Source of the DNA: an uncultured Actinomycetota bacterium
GTDB taxonomy: Bacteria; Actinomycetota; Actinomycetes; Propionibacteriales; Propionibacteriaceae
Length of the DNA: 64,000 nucleotides
Reading direction: 5' to 3'
Assembly: GCA_963740705.1 (NCBI GenBank)
Contig: CAVUGB010000004.1
Coordinates: forward strand, 631,118-695,117
Under the pieces are notes generated by a model, which had not been told where the DNA came from, made no database searches, and was given only the letters and a program-made list of their open reading frames with translations. A program made the translations under genes and the position numbers. Of this stretch, positions 1 through 10,525 are shown piece by piece. Numbering within the stretch: position 1 is the first letter of the stretch; each line of letters opens with the position of its first letter.

Positions 1-4
1 GCCG

Positions 5-652
5 TTGGGCATCGACGAGCAGGGTCGGGAGGTGTTGTCCTTCCGGCCCGGTGTGGTCGCCGGCTATCCGCTGCCGGACTGGCTGTGGGCGCCGCGGATC
101 CTCACTGACGCGGGTCGGCTGCTCCGTCGGCTGCACGACGCGACGACGACGTTCGACCGGTCCGACGCCGTCTGGCAGCTTCCCGGCCACGAGCCGGCCG
201 AGGTGGTCTGCCACAACGACGTCGCCCCGTACAACCTGGTCTTCACCGACGGACGGCTGACCGGGCTGATCGACTTCGACACCGCATCGCCCGGTCCCCG
301 CATCTGGGACTTCGCCTACCTGGCCTACCGGCTGGTCCCCTTCGTCGGGGACGCCGGGCCGGCGGCGCCCCCGGACCCGGTGCGCGACGACCGGCTGGCC
401 GAGCTCACCGCGGCGTACGGCTGGCCGTTCCGCGCGGCCGAGGTCGGAGCCACCCTGGCGACCCGGCTGACCGACCTCGCCGCCTACACCGACCAGCGGG
501 CGAGCGAGACCGGGCGTCCGGAGTTCCTCGAGCACGCCGCGCTCTACCGGCGCGACGCGACGCTGATCAGCCGGCGCTGGCTGCCGCCGTCAACACCGCC
601 CGCCGGCCCAGCACCGAGACCAGATGGGTCCGGTACTCCGGATCACCGTTGA
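5..652 (+). CDS. Aminoglycoside phosphotransferase (APH)/choline kinase-like protein, probably 5'-truncated by the window edge
   Basis: Kinase motifs VCHNDVAPYN and LIDFD, followed by PRIWDFAY; 3' end overlaps the convergent coxM-like gene. Confidence 0.8.
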   Translation: MGIDEQGREVLSFRPGVVAGYPLPDWLWAPRILTDAGRLLRRLHDATTTFDRSDAVWQLPGHEPAEVVCHNDVAPYNLVFTDGRLTGLIDFDTASPGPRIWDFAYLAYRLVPFVGDAGPAAPPDPVRDDRLAELTAAYGWPFRAAEVGATLATRLTDLAAYTDQRASETGRPEFLEHAALYRRDATLISRRWLPPSTPPAGPAPRPDGSGTPDHR

Positions 653-1427
653 TGTCGGTCGGTGGGGAGGTGTTCTCGGCGATCGAGGTGATGGCCTGAG
701 CCACCGCGTCGGGCGTGGGCGCTACGCCGACCAGGGCCTGCTCGGCCGACCGCGCCCGGATCGGGGTGGACCCCATGTTGGTCAGCGCGATCCGCGCTTC
801 GGCGATCACCCCACCCTCGGTCCGTACGCTGGCAGCCACCCCGGCGATCGCCCACTGGTGGGCGACCCGGACGAACTTCTCGTACGCCGAGCCCCAGCCG
901 GTGTACTTGGGCACCCGGACCTCGACCAGGATCTCGTCCTCACCGATCGCGGTGGTGAAGAGATCTTGGAAGAACTCGGTCGCCGGCACCGTACGCCGAC
1001 CGGCCGGCCCGGCGATCACGAACTCGGCGTCCAGCGCCAGCGCGGGCCCCGGGATGTCGCTGGCCGGGTCGGCGTGGGCACAGGCCCCACCGAAGGTGCC
1101 GCGGTGGCGCACCTGCGGGTCGGCCACGGTCTCGACCGCGATCTTGATCAGCCCCGCGTGCGCGGCGATCAGCGGGTCCCGAGTGACCTCGAAGTGCGAG
1201 GTCATCGCCCCGATCACGATCGCGTCGCCGTCGTCGCGCACGCCGCGCAGCGAGTCGATCTTGGCCAGGTCGATGACCACCTCCGGTGCGGCCAGCCGCA
1301 GCTTGAGGACCGGCAGCAGGCTCTGCCCGCCGGCCATGATCTTGGCCTCGTCGCCGGCTTGGCCGAGCAACGACAGTGCCTCGTCGAGGCTGGTCGGTGC
1401 GTGGTAGTCGAATGCCGCGGGGATCAT
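567..1427 (-). CDS. coxM: FAD-binding medium subunit of a CO dehydrogenase/xanthine dehydrogenase family enzyme
   Basis: MIPAAFDY start, AGGQSLLPVLKLRLA and RHRGTFGG..AHADPASD motifs; ATGA overlap with the large-subunit gene. Confidence 0.9.
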   Translation of the reverse strand: MIPAAFDYHAPTSLDEALSLLGQAGDEAKIMAGGQSLLPVLKLRLAAPEVVIDLAKIDSLRGVRDDGDAIVIGAMTSHFEVTRDPLIAAHAGLIKIAVETVADPQVRHRGTFGGACAHADPASDIPGPALALDAEFVIAGPAGRRTVPATEFFQDLFTTAIGEDEILVEVRVPKYTGWGSAYEKFVRVAHQWAIAGVAASVRTEGGVIAEARIALTNMGSTPIRARSAEQALVGVAPTPDAVAQAITSIAENTSPPTDINGDPEYRTHLVSVLGRRAVLTAAASAG

Positions 1428-3907
1428 GCCTGACCGCCTTCGATCGTGCCCGGAGTGGTGGTGGACTGCTCGGTCGAGAAGTGTGGCTGGGTCTCCTCGG
1501 GTGTCTCGGACTCAGCGGTCCGGGGTTCGGCACCCTGGATCGCCTTCCACACCCGCATCGGGGTGCAGGGCATCTCGACATCGGTCACCCCGAGCGGCCG
1601 CAGCGCATCGATCACCGCGTTCACGATGGCCGGCGTCGATGCGATGGTGCCGGCCTCGCCGACGCCCTTGACGCCGAGGTCGTTGGTCAGTGACGGGGTC
1701 TCGGTCCGATCGGTGACGAACTCGACCAGGTCGGCCGCGGTCGGCACCAGGTAGTCCACGAACGATCCCGTGGTCAGCGTCCCGTTCTCGTCGTAGACCG
1801 CTTCCTCGAACAGGGCCTGGGCAATGCCTTGGACCAGCCCGCCGTGCACCTGGCCCTCGACGATCATCGGGTTGACCACCTTGCCGATGTCATCGACGCA
1901 GACGTACTTGCGGATCTTGACCTCGCCGGTCTCGGTGTCCACCTCCATGGCCGCGAGGTGGGTGCCGTGCGGGAAGGAGAAGTTGATCGGGTCGAACGTG
2001 GCGTCGGCGTCCAGGCTCGGTTCCATGCCCTCGGGCATGTCGTGCGCCGAGAAGACCGCGAACGCCAGCTCGCCGAGCGACTTGCCGGAGTCGGTGCCCT
2101 TGACCTGGAAGCGGCCGCCGGTGAACTCCAGGTCGTCGGCGCTGGCCTCGAGCAGGTGCGCGGCCAGCGGTCGGGCCTTCTCGATCACCTTGTCGGCGGC
2201 CTTGATCACCGCCATGCCACCGACGACCAGTGAGCGCGAGCCGTAGGTGTCCAGGCCCCGCTGGGAGACCTGGGTGTCACCGTGCAGGACCTCGACGTCG
2301 TCGAAGGGCACCCCGAGCCGGTCGGCGACGATCTGGCTCCACGCCGTCTCATGGCCCTGGCCGTGGGCGCTGACGCCGGTGACCACCTCGACCTTGCCGG
2401 TGGGCAGGATCCGCACCTGGGCATGCTCCCAGCCACCACCGGCATAGCTGAGCGCGCCCAGCACCCGCGACGGGGCCAGGCCGCACATCTCGGTGAAGGT
2501 CGAGACGCCGATGCCCAGCTGGACAGTGTCGTTGCGGGCTCGCCGTTCGGCCTGCTCGGCTCGGAGCTCGTCGTAGCCGAACAGCTCTTTGGCCTTGGCG
2601 GTCGCCGCTTCGTAGTTGCCGGAGTCGTACTCCATCCCGGAGATGGTCCCGAACGGGAACTCGTCGTGGGTGATCCAGTTCTTCTCCCGCAGCTCCAACG
2701 GGTCCATGTCCAGCTCGGCAGCCAGGTCGTCCATCAGCCGCTCGATGGCGAAGGTGGCCTCCGGCCGGCCGGCGCCGCGGTAGGCGTCGGTCCAGGTCTT
2801 GTTGGTGAAGACGTTGGTGCACTCGAACCGGTAGGCGTCGAACTTGTAGATCGAGTTGAACATGAACGCACCGAGGATCGGGACCCCGGAGGTGACCAAG
2901 CCCAGATAGGAACCCATGTCGGCGAGCAGGTCGACGTGCAGACCGGTGACCTTGCCCTCCTTGGTGGCTGACAGGGTGAGCCGCTGGACCTGGTCGCGGC
3001 CGTGGTGGGCAGCCAGCAGCGACTCGCTGCGGGTCTCGGTGTACTTGATCGGCTTGCCCAGCAGCTTGGCGATCACGAACGTCGCGATCTCCTCGGGCGT
3101 GACCTGCAGCTTGCCGCCGAAACCGCCACCGACATCGGGAGCGATCACCCGGACCTTGCTCTCGGGGGTGCTGGTGACCATGGCGGTGAAGATCCGCAGG
3201 AAGTGCGGCACCTGGGTGGCCGCGTACATCACGAACTGCTCCCCAGTCGGGTCGACGACCGTGGAGCGGGGCTCCATGAAGGCCGGGATCAACCGCTGCT
3301 GCCGGTAGGTCCGCTCGATCACGATGCCGTCGGCCCGGGCCGCGGCGATGGTGTCCTTGACGTCACCGCCGGTGCCGGTCTCGACCGAGTCGTAGACCCA
3401 GTGGGCCGAGACGTTGGTGCCCAGGTCGGGATGTGCGTACGGGGCGCCCGCGGCTGCGGTCTCGAGGTCCAAGACGACGGGCAGGTCCTCGTACTCGACG
3501 TCGACCAGCTCGGTGGCGTCGCGGGCGGCGGCCGGCGTACGAGCCACCACCACGGCCACGATCTCGCCGGCGAAGGCCACCCGGTCGACGGCGACCGCCT
3601 TGTGCTCGGGTGCCTTCTGGTCCGGGGTGACCGGCCAGGCGTTGGGCAGGCCGGCGTGCAGGTCGGCCAGGTCGGCGCCGGTGTAGACCGCGATCACGCC
3701 CGGCGACGCCTTCGCCTCGGACACGTCGATCGAGGTGATCGTCGCGTGGGCGAACGGGCTGCGGACCATACCCAGGTGCAACATGCCGGGCAGCTGGAAG
3801 TTGTCGGTGTAGCGGGACCGGCCGGTGATCAGCCGCTGGTCCTCCTTGCGCAGCCGGGACTTGCCGATCTCCAGGCTGGTGTCGGGCCGGTCGTCGATGA
3901 TCGTCAC
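1424..3907 (-). CDS. coxL: Molybdopterin-binding large subunit, form II CoxL-like
   Basis: DVGGGFGGK, active-site loop [10 protein letters not shown] (form II), GQVHGG and KGVGEAG; GTG at 3907 overlaps the coxS stop (GTGA). Confidence 0.88.
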   Translation of the reverse strand: MTIIDDRPDTSLEIGKSRLRKEDQRLITGRSRYTDNFQLPGMLHLGMVRSPFAHATITSIDVSEAKASPGVIAVYTGADLADLHAGLPNAWPVTPDQKAPEHKAVAVDRVAFAGEIVAVVVARTPAAARDATELVDVEYEDLPVVLDLETAAAGAPYAHPDLGTNVSAHWVYDSVETGTGGDVKDTIAAARADGIVIERTYRQQRLIPAFMEPRSTVVDPTGEQFVMYAATQVPHFLRIFTAMVTSTPESKVRVIAPDVGGGFGGKLQVTPEEIATFVIAKLLGKPIKYTETRSESLLAAHHGRDQVQRLTLSATKEGKVTGLHVDLLADMGSYLGLVTSGVPILGAFMFNSIYKFDAYRFECTNVFTNKTWTDAYRGAGRPEATFAIERLMDDLAAELDMDPLELREKNWITHDEFPFGTISGMEYDSGNYEAATAKAKELFGYDELRAEQAERRARNDTVQLGIGVSTFTEMCGLAPSRVLGALSYAGGGWEHAQVRILPTGKVEVVTGVSAHGQGHETAWSQIVADRLGVPFDDVEVLHGDTQVSQRGLDTYGSRSLVVGGMAVIKAADKVIEKARPLAAHLLEASADDLEFTGGRFQVKGTDSGKSLGELAFAVFSAHDMPEGMEPSLDADATFDPINFSFPHGTHLAAMEVDTETGEVKIRKYVCVDDIGKVVNPMIVEGQVHGGLVQGIAQALFEEAVYDENGTLTTGSFVDYLVPTAADLVEFVTDRTETPSLTNDLGVKGVGEAGTIASTPAIVNAVIDALRPLGVTDVEMPCTPMRVWKAIQGAEPRTAESETPEETQPHFSTEQSTTTPGTIEGGQA

Positions 3908-4365
3908 AGGGTGCTCCCAGCGGCCTGGCGGACGGCTTTCACGATGTTCTGGTAGCCGGTGCACCGGCAGAGGTTGCCCTCCAGGCCCTCGCGGATCTCG
4001 GTGTCGCTCGGATGGGCGTTCTCGTTCAGCAGCGAGACGGACTGCATGATCATGCCCGGCGTACAGAACCCGCACTGCAGGGCGTGACATTCGTGGAAGG
4101 CCTGCTGCACTGGGTGCAGCTGGCCGTTGGTGGCCAGTCCCTCGATCGTCGTGACCTCGCGTCCATCGGCCTGCACGGCGAGGACGGTGCAGGACTTCAC
4201 GCTCTGCCCGTCCAGGTGCACGGTGCAGGCGCCGCAGTTGGTCGTGTCACACCCGACCAGCGTGCCCGTCTTGCCCAGACCCTCTCGCAGATACTGGACC
4301 AGCAACGTCCGAGGTTCGACCTCATCGGTGTAGCTGGTGCCGTCGACGGTGACCGAAATTCGCAT
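3904..4365 (-). CDS. coxS: 2Fe-2S small subunit, CoxS-like
   Basis: [20 protein letters not shown] and GNLCRCTGY motifs; ATG at 4365. Confidence 0.92.
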   Translation of the reverse strand: MRISVTVDGTSYTDEVEPRTLLVQYLREGLGKTGTLVGCDTTNCGACTVHLDGQSVKSCTVLAVQADGREVTTIEGLATNGQLHPVQQAFHECHALQCGFCTPGMIMQSVSLLNENAHPSDTEIREGLEGNLCRCTGYQNIVKAVRQAAGSTL

Positions 4366-4467
4366 GCACGACTCACTTCCCTGGTGGCTCGTCGCCTTGG
4401 GCGTATGAAGAAAGGTCGCGCGGCAGGCTGGCGACGTCGCCGGCCGGGTAACCACAGCAAAACAAAC

Positions 4468-4483
4468 TGTGACACGCCCCACA
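4468..4483. promoter_or_regulatory. Putative CRP/GlxR-family binding site upstream of coxS
   Basis: TGTGA-CACGCC-CCACA is a 9/10 match to TGTGA-N6-TCACA, in an AT-richer intergenic stretch. Confidence 0.5.
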
Positions 4484-4626
4484 AGCGAATCAGGAAATTG
4501 GCCGTTCAACTTTCCGGCCACGTCGAGCCGGGTCCGCATCTGCGGAGATCGGAGGCCGATGTCGCCGAAGGTGGGAGTTCACCGGCGGTCGCTGTTCCTG
4601 TCAGAAGCAGATGCCAGGATGAGCAG

Positions 4627-5295
4627 ATGTACGCGGAACGTCGATCCGTCCTCGTGGACGCCGTGGTCTGGCGGAGTACGGGCGGGGAGGCCCTGGTGCT
4701 GCCCGACGGCTGCTCGGACCTGCTGTGGTCCGGCGGCCGGCTGGTCGTGGCCGGACCGGACACCGCCGCGCACCGCGACAGGTCGCCGGTCACCGGCATC
4801 GTCGGTGTTCGCTTCGCCTCCGGCGTTGGCCCAGCGGTCTTCGGCCTGCCGGCGGCCGAGCTGAAGGACCAACGGGTGCCGTTGGAGCACCTGTGGCCCC
4901 GAGCCGAGGTCGAGATGTGGACCGAGCGCGTTGCGATGGCGGCCAGCCCGGGTCGCGCACTCGAACAGGTGGCGGCGCGACGACTGATATCGGCTCAACC
5001 GGATCCGGTGATGCGGGTGGTGGCCGGGTTGTTGTCCGCCGGCTCCTCCGTGGCCCAGGCCGCCGCCTCGGTCTCACTCAGCGAGCGGCAGCTGCACCGG
5101 CGGTCGGCGTACGCGTTCGGCTATGGGCCCAAGACGTTGGCGCGCATCTTCCGACTGCACCGTGCCCTCGGCCTGGCCCGGTCCGGGGTGTCATTGGCCG
5201 ACTGCGCGCAGCGCAGTGGCTGTGCCGACCAGGCTCACCTGGCCCGCGAGGTCCGCAGCCTGACCGGCGTGACCTTGACCGAGCTGGTCAGCTGA
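4627..5295 (+). CDS. AraC-family transcriptional regulator
   Basis: VLPDGCSDLLW N-terminus; C-terminal HTH LSERQLHRR..FGYGPK..ADQAHLAREVR. Confidence 0.85.
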   Translation: MYAERRSVLVDAVVWRSTGGEALVLPDGCSDLLWSGGRLVVAGPDTAAHRDRSPVTGIVGVRFASGVGPAVFGLPAAELKDQRVPLEHLWPRAEVEMWTERVAMAASPGRALEQVAARRLISAQPDPVMRVVAGLLSAGSSVAQAAASVSLSERQLHRRSAYAFGYGPKTLARIFRLHRALGLARSGVSLADCAQRSGCADQAHLAREVRSLTGVTLTELVS

Positions 5296-5680
5296 GCGGC
5301 GCGTACAGATCGACGTGGTTGCCGTTCGGATCGGCGACCGTCGCGTAGCGCTGGCCCCAGGGAGCGTCGAACGGGTCGAGGCGGCTGGCGTGTCCGGCGC
5401 TGACCAGGTCGGCGTGCACCCGGTCGACCTCGGTCGGATCGTCGCAGACGAAGGCCAGGCTGCTGCCCCCCAGGTTGCCGTCTGGATCGAACGTCGGGTC
5501 GAAGCCAGCGATGGTCGCGGCCGGGTCGATCAACAGGCGCAGCCCACCGCCCAGAGCGATCTCCACGTGCTCAGTGGTGTCGGCGTCGGCCGGGATGTCC
5601 AGACCGAGCGGGCGATAGAAGGCGAGGGTGGCCGGCAGGTCCCGGGCCACCAGGCTGATGCAATCGAGTCGAGGCGTCAT
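5288..5680 (-). CDS. VOC/glyoxalase family protein
   Basis: TLAFYRPLG and PFDAPWGQRYATVADPNGNHVDL motifs. Confidence 0.87.
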   Translation of the reverse strand: MTPRLDCISLVARDLPATLAFYRPLGLDIPADADTTEHVEIALGGGLRLLIDPAATIAGFDPTFDPDGNLGGSSLAFVCDDPTEVDRVHADLVSAGHASRLDPFDAPWGQRYATVADPNGNHVDLYAPLS

Positions 5681-5856
5681 GTTCGAAACTCTAGGTCTGA
5701 GCGGCTTCCTCGGTCTTGAACGTTTCGGACGTCCGCGCCACGAGCTCGTCGAGCGGTTCCGGGGGTCGGGCTTGATTTTCCTGCTGCAGTTGGTCTGAAA
5801 CGCCGTTCCTGCCGCGTGTCTCGCCAACCAGAGTAGGAAAACCAGGGGGCATCGGG

Positions 5857-6979
5857 TCAGTGGTGGATGCGGCCGTCGAGCTCGGCCAGGCGGCGGCCCT
5901 GGCCGCCCCAGCGCTGGCCGACGATCTCGGCGGCGATCGAGATGGCGGTCTCTTCCGGCGTACGGGCGCCCAGGTCGAGGCCGATCGGGCTGGACAGGCG
6001 GCCGATCTCGTCCTCGGTCAGGCCGGCCTCGCGGAGCCGGGCCAACCGGTCGTCGTGCGTACGCCGCGAGCCCATGGCCCCGATGTAGCCGACCTCGGGC
6101 AGCCGCAGCGCGATCTCCAGCAGCGGGACGTCGAACTTGGGGTCGTGGGTGAGGACGCAGATGACCGTTCGCGAGTCGAGCAGTCCGGCGTCGGCCTGGC
6201 CGGTCAGATAGCGGTGTGGCCAGTCGACGACGACCTCGTCCGCGTCGGGGAAACGGGTGCGGGTGGCGAAGACGGGGCGGGCGTCACAGACGGTCACGAC
6301 GTAGCCCAGGAAGGTACCGAGCCGGGCGACTGCGGCGGCGAAGTCGATGGCCCCGAACACCAGCATCCGGGGGCGAGGCGCGAAGCTGGCCGCGAAGACC
6401 CGCATCCCGGCCCCCCGGCGCTCGCCGTCGGGACCGTAGGTGAGCAGCTCGCTCTGGCCGGCCGCGAGCAGGCCCCGTACGTCGTCGGCGATGGCGGCAT
6501 CGGCCCGCTCGCTGCCCAGCGAAGTCGTGCCGACGGTGTCGTCAGGGCGGACGATGAGCCGACGCCCGACCCAGCTCGGGGTCGGGGTGCTCGACCACCG
6601 TGGCCACGGCGACCGGCCGGCCGGCCTCGACGTCGGCGGCGATCTCGCCGAGCTCGGGGTAGGTCTCGCGCGAGACCTTTTCGACGAACACGTCGAGGAT
6701 CCCGCCGCAGGTCAGCCCGACGGCGAAGGCGTCGCTGTCGCTCACCCCGTACCGCTGCAGCACCGGGGTCCCGTCGGCGACGACCTCTTGCGCGAGGCCG
6801 TAGACCGCAGACTCGACGCAGCCGCCCGACACCGATCCCACGGCCGACTCGTCCGGTCCGACCAGCATGGCTGCGCCGGCCGGCCGGGGTGCTGATCGCC
6901 AGGTGCCCACGACGGTGGCCATCCCGACCGTCTCGCCCGAGCGCCACCACGTCAGCAGCGGTGCCAACACCTCACGCAT
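5857..6979 (-). CDS. xdhC: XdhC/CoxI-family molybdenum-cofactor chaperone; one frameshift near 6575
   Basis: SAPRPAGA, GSVSGGCVE and VGLTCGG in ORF 6542-6988; LTHDPKFD, YIGAMGS and SPIGLDLGARTPEETA in ORF 5857-6405; one frame switch joins them. Confidence 0.85.
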
Positions 6980-8087
6980 CAGCGACAACCTCCAGCAGCT
7001 CGGCGAACGCGGCGAGCGAATGGCCGGCCACCAGACGGTCGAGGTGCGGCAGGCTGGCCACGATCCCGCTCTGGATCGGAGCGTACCCCGCCTTTCCCCG
7101 GTGCGGGTTCATCCAGATCACGGCGTGCGCGAGCAGCCGCAGCTGGCGCATCTGATCACCGAGCAAGGCAGCGTCGCCGCGCTCCCAGCCGTCACTGGCC
7201 ACCACCAGCACCGCACCTCGGGCCAGGCCACGGCGGCCCCAGCGTTGCACGAACGCCTCGATCACCTCGCCGAGCCGGGTCCCGCCGGACCAGTCCGGCA
7301 CCAGCCGGCCGGCCGCCGCGAGGGCCTCGTCGGGCTGCCGGAGCCGCAGGGCGGTGGTGACCCGGGTCAGTCGCGTCCCGAGGGTGAAGACCTCCACCCG
7401 AGCCGGCAGGGCGTGCACGATGCGGTGGCTCAGCCGGAGCAGCGCGTCGGCGTAGGGCTGCATCGAGCCGGAGACGTCGACCAGCACGACGACCCGTCGG
7501 GGTCGTTGCTCGCGGCGGCGGTGGCGCAACCGGGTGATCTCACCGCCTGAGCGGAGCTGGTGCCGCAGCGTACGCCGCAGGTCCACCGAGCCTCGGTGAT
7601 GCGGCCGGCGGCGGAGCGCCCTCCGCCGGGGCGCGGTCACGACCAGCCGGTCGAACAGGTCGACCATCAGCGCTCGTTCGGTGTCGGACAAGGTGGCGAC
7701 GTCGCGGTGCCGCAGCACTTCCGCCTCACTGGCCCGGGCCGCGAGCAGGTCGTCACTGGCGGCGTCGCCGGACCCCTCGGAGGTCAACGAGGCCTGAGGC
7801 TGCGGGGGAGCAGGTGGCCGGGTCGAAGTCGAGGGGGCGGGCAGCTCGGAGCTGAACCAGGCGGCGAAGGCCTGGTCGTAGACCTCGATGTCGTCCGGGC
7901 TGGAGCACAGCGTTGCCCGCCCCGACCAGTAGGTCGCGGTGCGATGGTCGATCCCGGTCAGCGAGACTGCTCGTACGAAGGAGCGTGTCCGATCGGCGGT
8001 GATCGACAGGCCGGACCGCCGTAGCGCGGTGGCGAAGCCGACCAGGACCAGCTCGGCTGACGACTCCGGGGAGGCGCTGAGCGTCAC
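6972..8087 (-). CDS. coxE: CoxE-like vWA domain protein
   Basis: MIDAS motif DVSGSM, plus DWSGGTRLG, SDGWERGD and WMNPH. Confidence 0.87.
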   Translation of the reverse strand: MTLSASPESSAELVLVGFATALRRSGLSITADRTRSFVRAVSLTGIDHRTATYWSGRATLCSSPDDIEVYDQAFAAWFSSELPAPSTSTRPPAPPQPQASLTSEGSGDAASDDLLAARASEAEVLRHRDVATLSDTERALMVDLFDRLVVTAPRRRALRRRPHHRGSVDLRRTLRHQLRSGGEITRLRHRRREQRPRRVVVLVDVSGSMQPYADALLRLSHRIVHALPARVEVFTLGTRLTRVTTALRLRQPDEALAAAGRLVPDWSGGTRLGEVIEAFVQRWGRRGLARGAVLVVASDGWERGDAALLGDQMRQLRLLAHAVIWMNPHRGKAGYAPIQSGIVASLPHLDRLVAGHSLAAFAELLEVVADA

Positions 8088-8968
8088 GAGGTGGAGATGA
8101 TCTTGTCGAGGGCCCGGCGGACGCGGTCGGAGTCCTCTCTGTACTTGAGCACCACGCCCAGGGTCTGCGCCGCTGCCTCGAGGTCGAGCTGATCACGCCC
8201 GAGCCGGTGCAGGGCCCGGGCCCAGTCCAGGCTCTCGGCCACGCCGGGGGGTTTCAGGATGCCGTCGACCTCGCGCAGCCGCTGGGCGGCCCGGGCGACC
8301 TGGGTGGCCAGCTCCGCACTGACCTCGGGCAGCCGGCTGCGCACGATCTCGATCTCGCGGGCCAACGGCGGATGGTCGATCCAGTGGTAGAGGCAGCGCC
8401 GCTTCAGCGCGTCGTGCAGGTCACGGGTCCGGTTCGAGGTCAGCACGACCGTCGGCGGCGTCACCGCCCGGACCTCGCCGTACTCGGGGATGCTGACGGT
8501 GAAGGTCGACAACACCTCGAGCAGGAAGGCTTCGAACTCGTCATCGGCGCGGTCGATCTCGTCGATGAGCAGAACCGATCCGGGCGTTCGCAGTGCCCTC
8601 AGGATGGGTCGGGCGAGCAGGAACCGGTCGTCGAACAGGGATTGCTCGAGCACCTCGGCGTCCAGGCCGTCGCCACCGGCTGCCTCGACGGCACGGATGT
8701 GCAGGATCTGACGGGGGAAGTCCCAGTCGTAGAGCGCCTGGCTGGCCTCGATGCCCTCGTAGCACTGCAGCCGGATCAGCTCGGCGCCCTCGATCAGGGC
8801 CAGCGACTCGGCGAGCGCGGTCTTGCCGGTGCCGGGCTCGCCCTCCAGCAGCAGCGGTCGGCCCATGGCCTGAGCCAGGAAGACCACCGTCGCCAGTCCC
8901 TCGCTGGGCAGGTAGCCGGTGCCACGCAGGGCGCGGTCGACCTCGTCCGGGCTCACGTACGCCGCCAT
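8084..8968 (-). CDS. coxD: MoxR/CoxD-like AAA+ ATPase
   Basis: Walker A GEPGTGKT, RLQCYEG, Walker B LLIDEIDRAD, LHDALKRRCLY. Confidence 0.9.
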   Translation of the reverse strand: MAAYVSPDEVDRALRGTGYLPSEGLATVVFLAQAMGRPLLLEGEPGTGKTALAESLALIEGAELIRLQCYEGIEASQALYDWDFPRQILHIRAVEAAGGDGLDAEVLEQSLFDDRFLLARPILRALRTPGSVLLIDEIDRADDEFEAFLLEVLSTFTVSIPEYGEVRAVTPPTVVLTSNRTRDLHDALKRRCLYHWIDHPPLAREIEIVRSRLPEVSAELATQVARAAQRLREVDGILKPPGVAESLDWARALHRLGRDQLDLEAAAQTLGVVLKYREDSDRVRRALDKIISTS

Positions 8969-9588
8969 CAGTCACCTTTCCTCGGGCCGGTGTCCCCGGT
9001 GGCCGCCGGGGCCGACCAGTCGCGGTCCTGACCGGTGGCCAGGTCCCCACATTCCACACCCACGGCTCGATGGCGCTCCAGGTAGGCCCGGGCGCCCCGG
9101 TCCCCGTCGAGCTCCGCGATGACCGAGCCCAGATGATCATGGCCGATCAGCACCGGATGGCCCGGCTCACCGAGGTAGGTGGCCCGGGCCAGGGCAGTGG
9201 GCGCGGCGTAATCGAGCAGCCGGCGTACGACGTCGGCGGTGACGTCGGGCAGGTCGACCAGGTGCACGAGCACCGAAACCGCCGACCCGGTGGCCTGCAG
9301 GCCGGCTCGCAGCGACCGGCCCATGCCGTCGGCCCAGCCGGGCTCGACGGTGACCGCGAGCCGGTCGGCCACGCCGGCCGGCCAGCTGTGCTGCTCGAGG
9401 ATCGCGCGGGCGGCCCCAGCTCCGCTGCCCAGCACCACCACGACAGAATCGCATCCTCCGTCGATCAGCACCGACACAGACCGGACCAGCCAGGACGTGC
9501 CGTCGGGCTCGTGCCGCAGCGCCTTCGGCCCACCGGCCCGCCGGCCGGCACCCGCAGCCAGCAACACCCCAACGGCCGACGTCGCCAT
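8968..9588 (-). CDS. Molybdenum cofactor cytidylyltransferase (MocA-like NTP transferase)
   Basis: LLAAGAGRRAGGPKAL, LVDLPDV, GHPVLIG and GDRGAR motifs; lies in the cox accessory cluster. Confidence 0.82.
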   Translation of the reverse strand: MATSAVGVLLAAGAGRRAGGPKALRHEPDGTSWLVRSVSVLIDGGCDSVVVVLGSGAGAARAILEQHSWPAGVADRLAVTVEPGWADGMGRSLRAGLQATGSAVSVLVHLVDLPDVTADVVRRLLDYAAPTALARATYLGEPGHPVLIGHDHLGSVIAELDGDRGARAYLERHRAVGVECGDLATGQDRDWSAPAATGDTGPRKGD

Positions 9589-9591
9589 CGG

Positions 9592-10515
9592 CTAGTGCGG
9601 AACCGGCACCGTGTCGTCGGCGCCCGGTGCCTCACGATCATCAGCGTGATCATCACTTCCATGATCATCGTCGTCAAGATCATCTTCGTCAGATGCCGTT
9701 GCGAGCCGGGAAAGCAGCGCCTCGTGCAGCCGTCCGTTGCTGGCGTAGCCACCGACGCCGAGGGGGCCCGGTCGGCCGTCCAGGTCGGTGAACTTGCCGC
9801 CGGCCTCGGTGACGATGATCGAGCAGGCGGCCATGTCGTGCAGGGCCAGCTCGGGCTCGGCGGCGAGATCCACGCCACCTTCGGCCAGCAACATGTAGGA
9901 CCAGAAGTCGCCGTAGGCCCGGGTCCGCCAGCAGCTGCGCATCAGGTCGACGAACTGCTGCCCCTGGCCGGCGTCGACCCATTCAGAGATCTCGGCATAG
10001 CTGAGCGAGGCGTCCTCGATCGAGGACACGTCGGACACGTGGCACTCGGCGGCCGACATCAGCGACTTCCCCGCGTAGGCCCCGCCGCCCAGGCTGGCCC
10101 ACCAGCGCCGGTTCAGGGCGGGGGCGCTGACCACGCCGACCGCGACCTCGTCGTTGATCATCAAGGCGATCAGCGTCGCCCAGACCGGGACGCCACGGAC
10201 GTAGTTCTTGGTGCCGTCGATCGGGTCGACGACCCAGCGGCGCGGGCCCCAACCGGTGTCGGCCATCTCCTCACCGTGCACGGCGTCGCGGGGTCGGGCC
10301 CGCCCGAGTGTCCGGCGGATCGCCTCCTCGACAGCAGTGTCGGCGTCGGACACCGGGGTGAGGTCGGGCTTGGCGGTCACGTGCAGGTCGAGCGCCTTGA
10401 ACCGGCTCATGGTGATCGAGTCGGCGTCGTCGGCGAGCAGGTGGGCCAACCGCAGGTCGTCGGTGAGACCCCGGTGCAGTGCGTCGTCGCTACGTTGGCC
10501 AGGTTGAGCGGGCAT
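9592..10515 (-). CDS. hisN: Histidinol-phosphatase (inositol monophosphatase family)
   Basis: KPDLTPVSDAD, GEE, WVVDPIDGTKNYVRGVPVWATLI and RTRAYGDFWSY motifs; follows rsgA as in other actinobacteria. Confidence 0.9.
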   Translation of the reverse strand: MPAQPGQRSDDALHRGLTDDLRLAHLLADDADSITMSRFKALDLHVTAKPDLTPVSDADTAVEEAIRRTLGRARPRDAVHGEEMADTGWGPRRWVVDPIDGTKNYVRGVPVWATLIALMINDEVAVGVVSAPALNRRWWASLGGGAYAGKSLMSAAECHVSDVSSIEDASLSYAEISEWVDAGQGQQFVDLMRSCWRTRAYGDFWSYMLLAEGGVDLAAEPELALHDMAACSIIVTEAGGKFTDLDGRPGPLGVGGYASNGRLHEALLSRLATASDEDDLDDDDHGSDDHADDREAPGADDTVPVPH

Positions 10516-10525
10516 GCGCATCAAC

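Noticed and set aside
1424-3907. Authentic form I aerobic CO dehydrogenase
   Set aside because: The active-site loop is AYRGAGR, not AYxCSFR, and the gene order is S-L-M.
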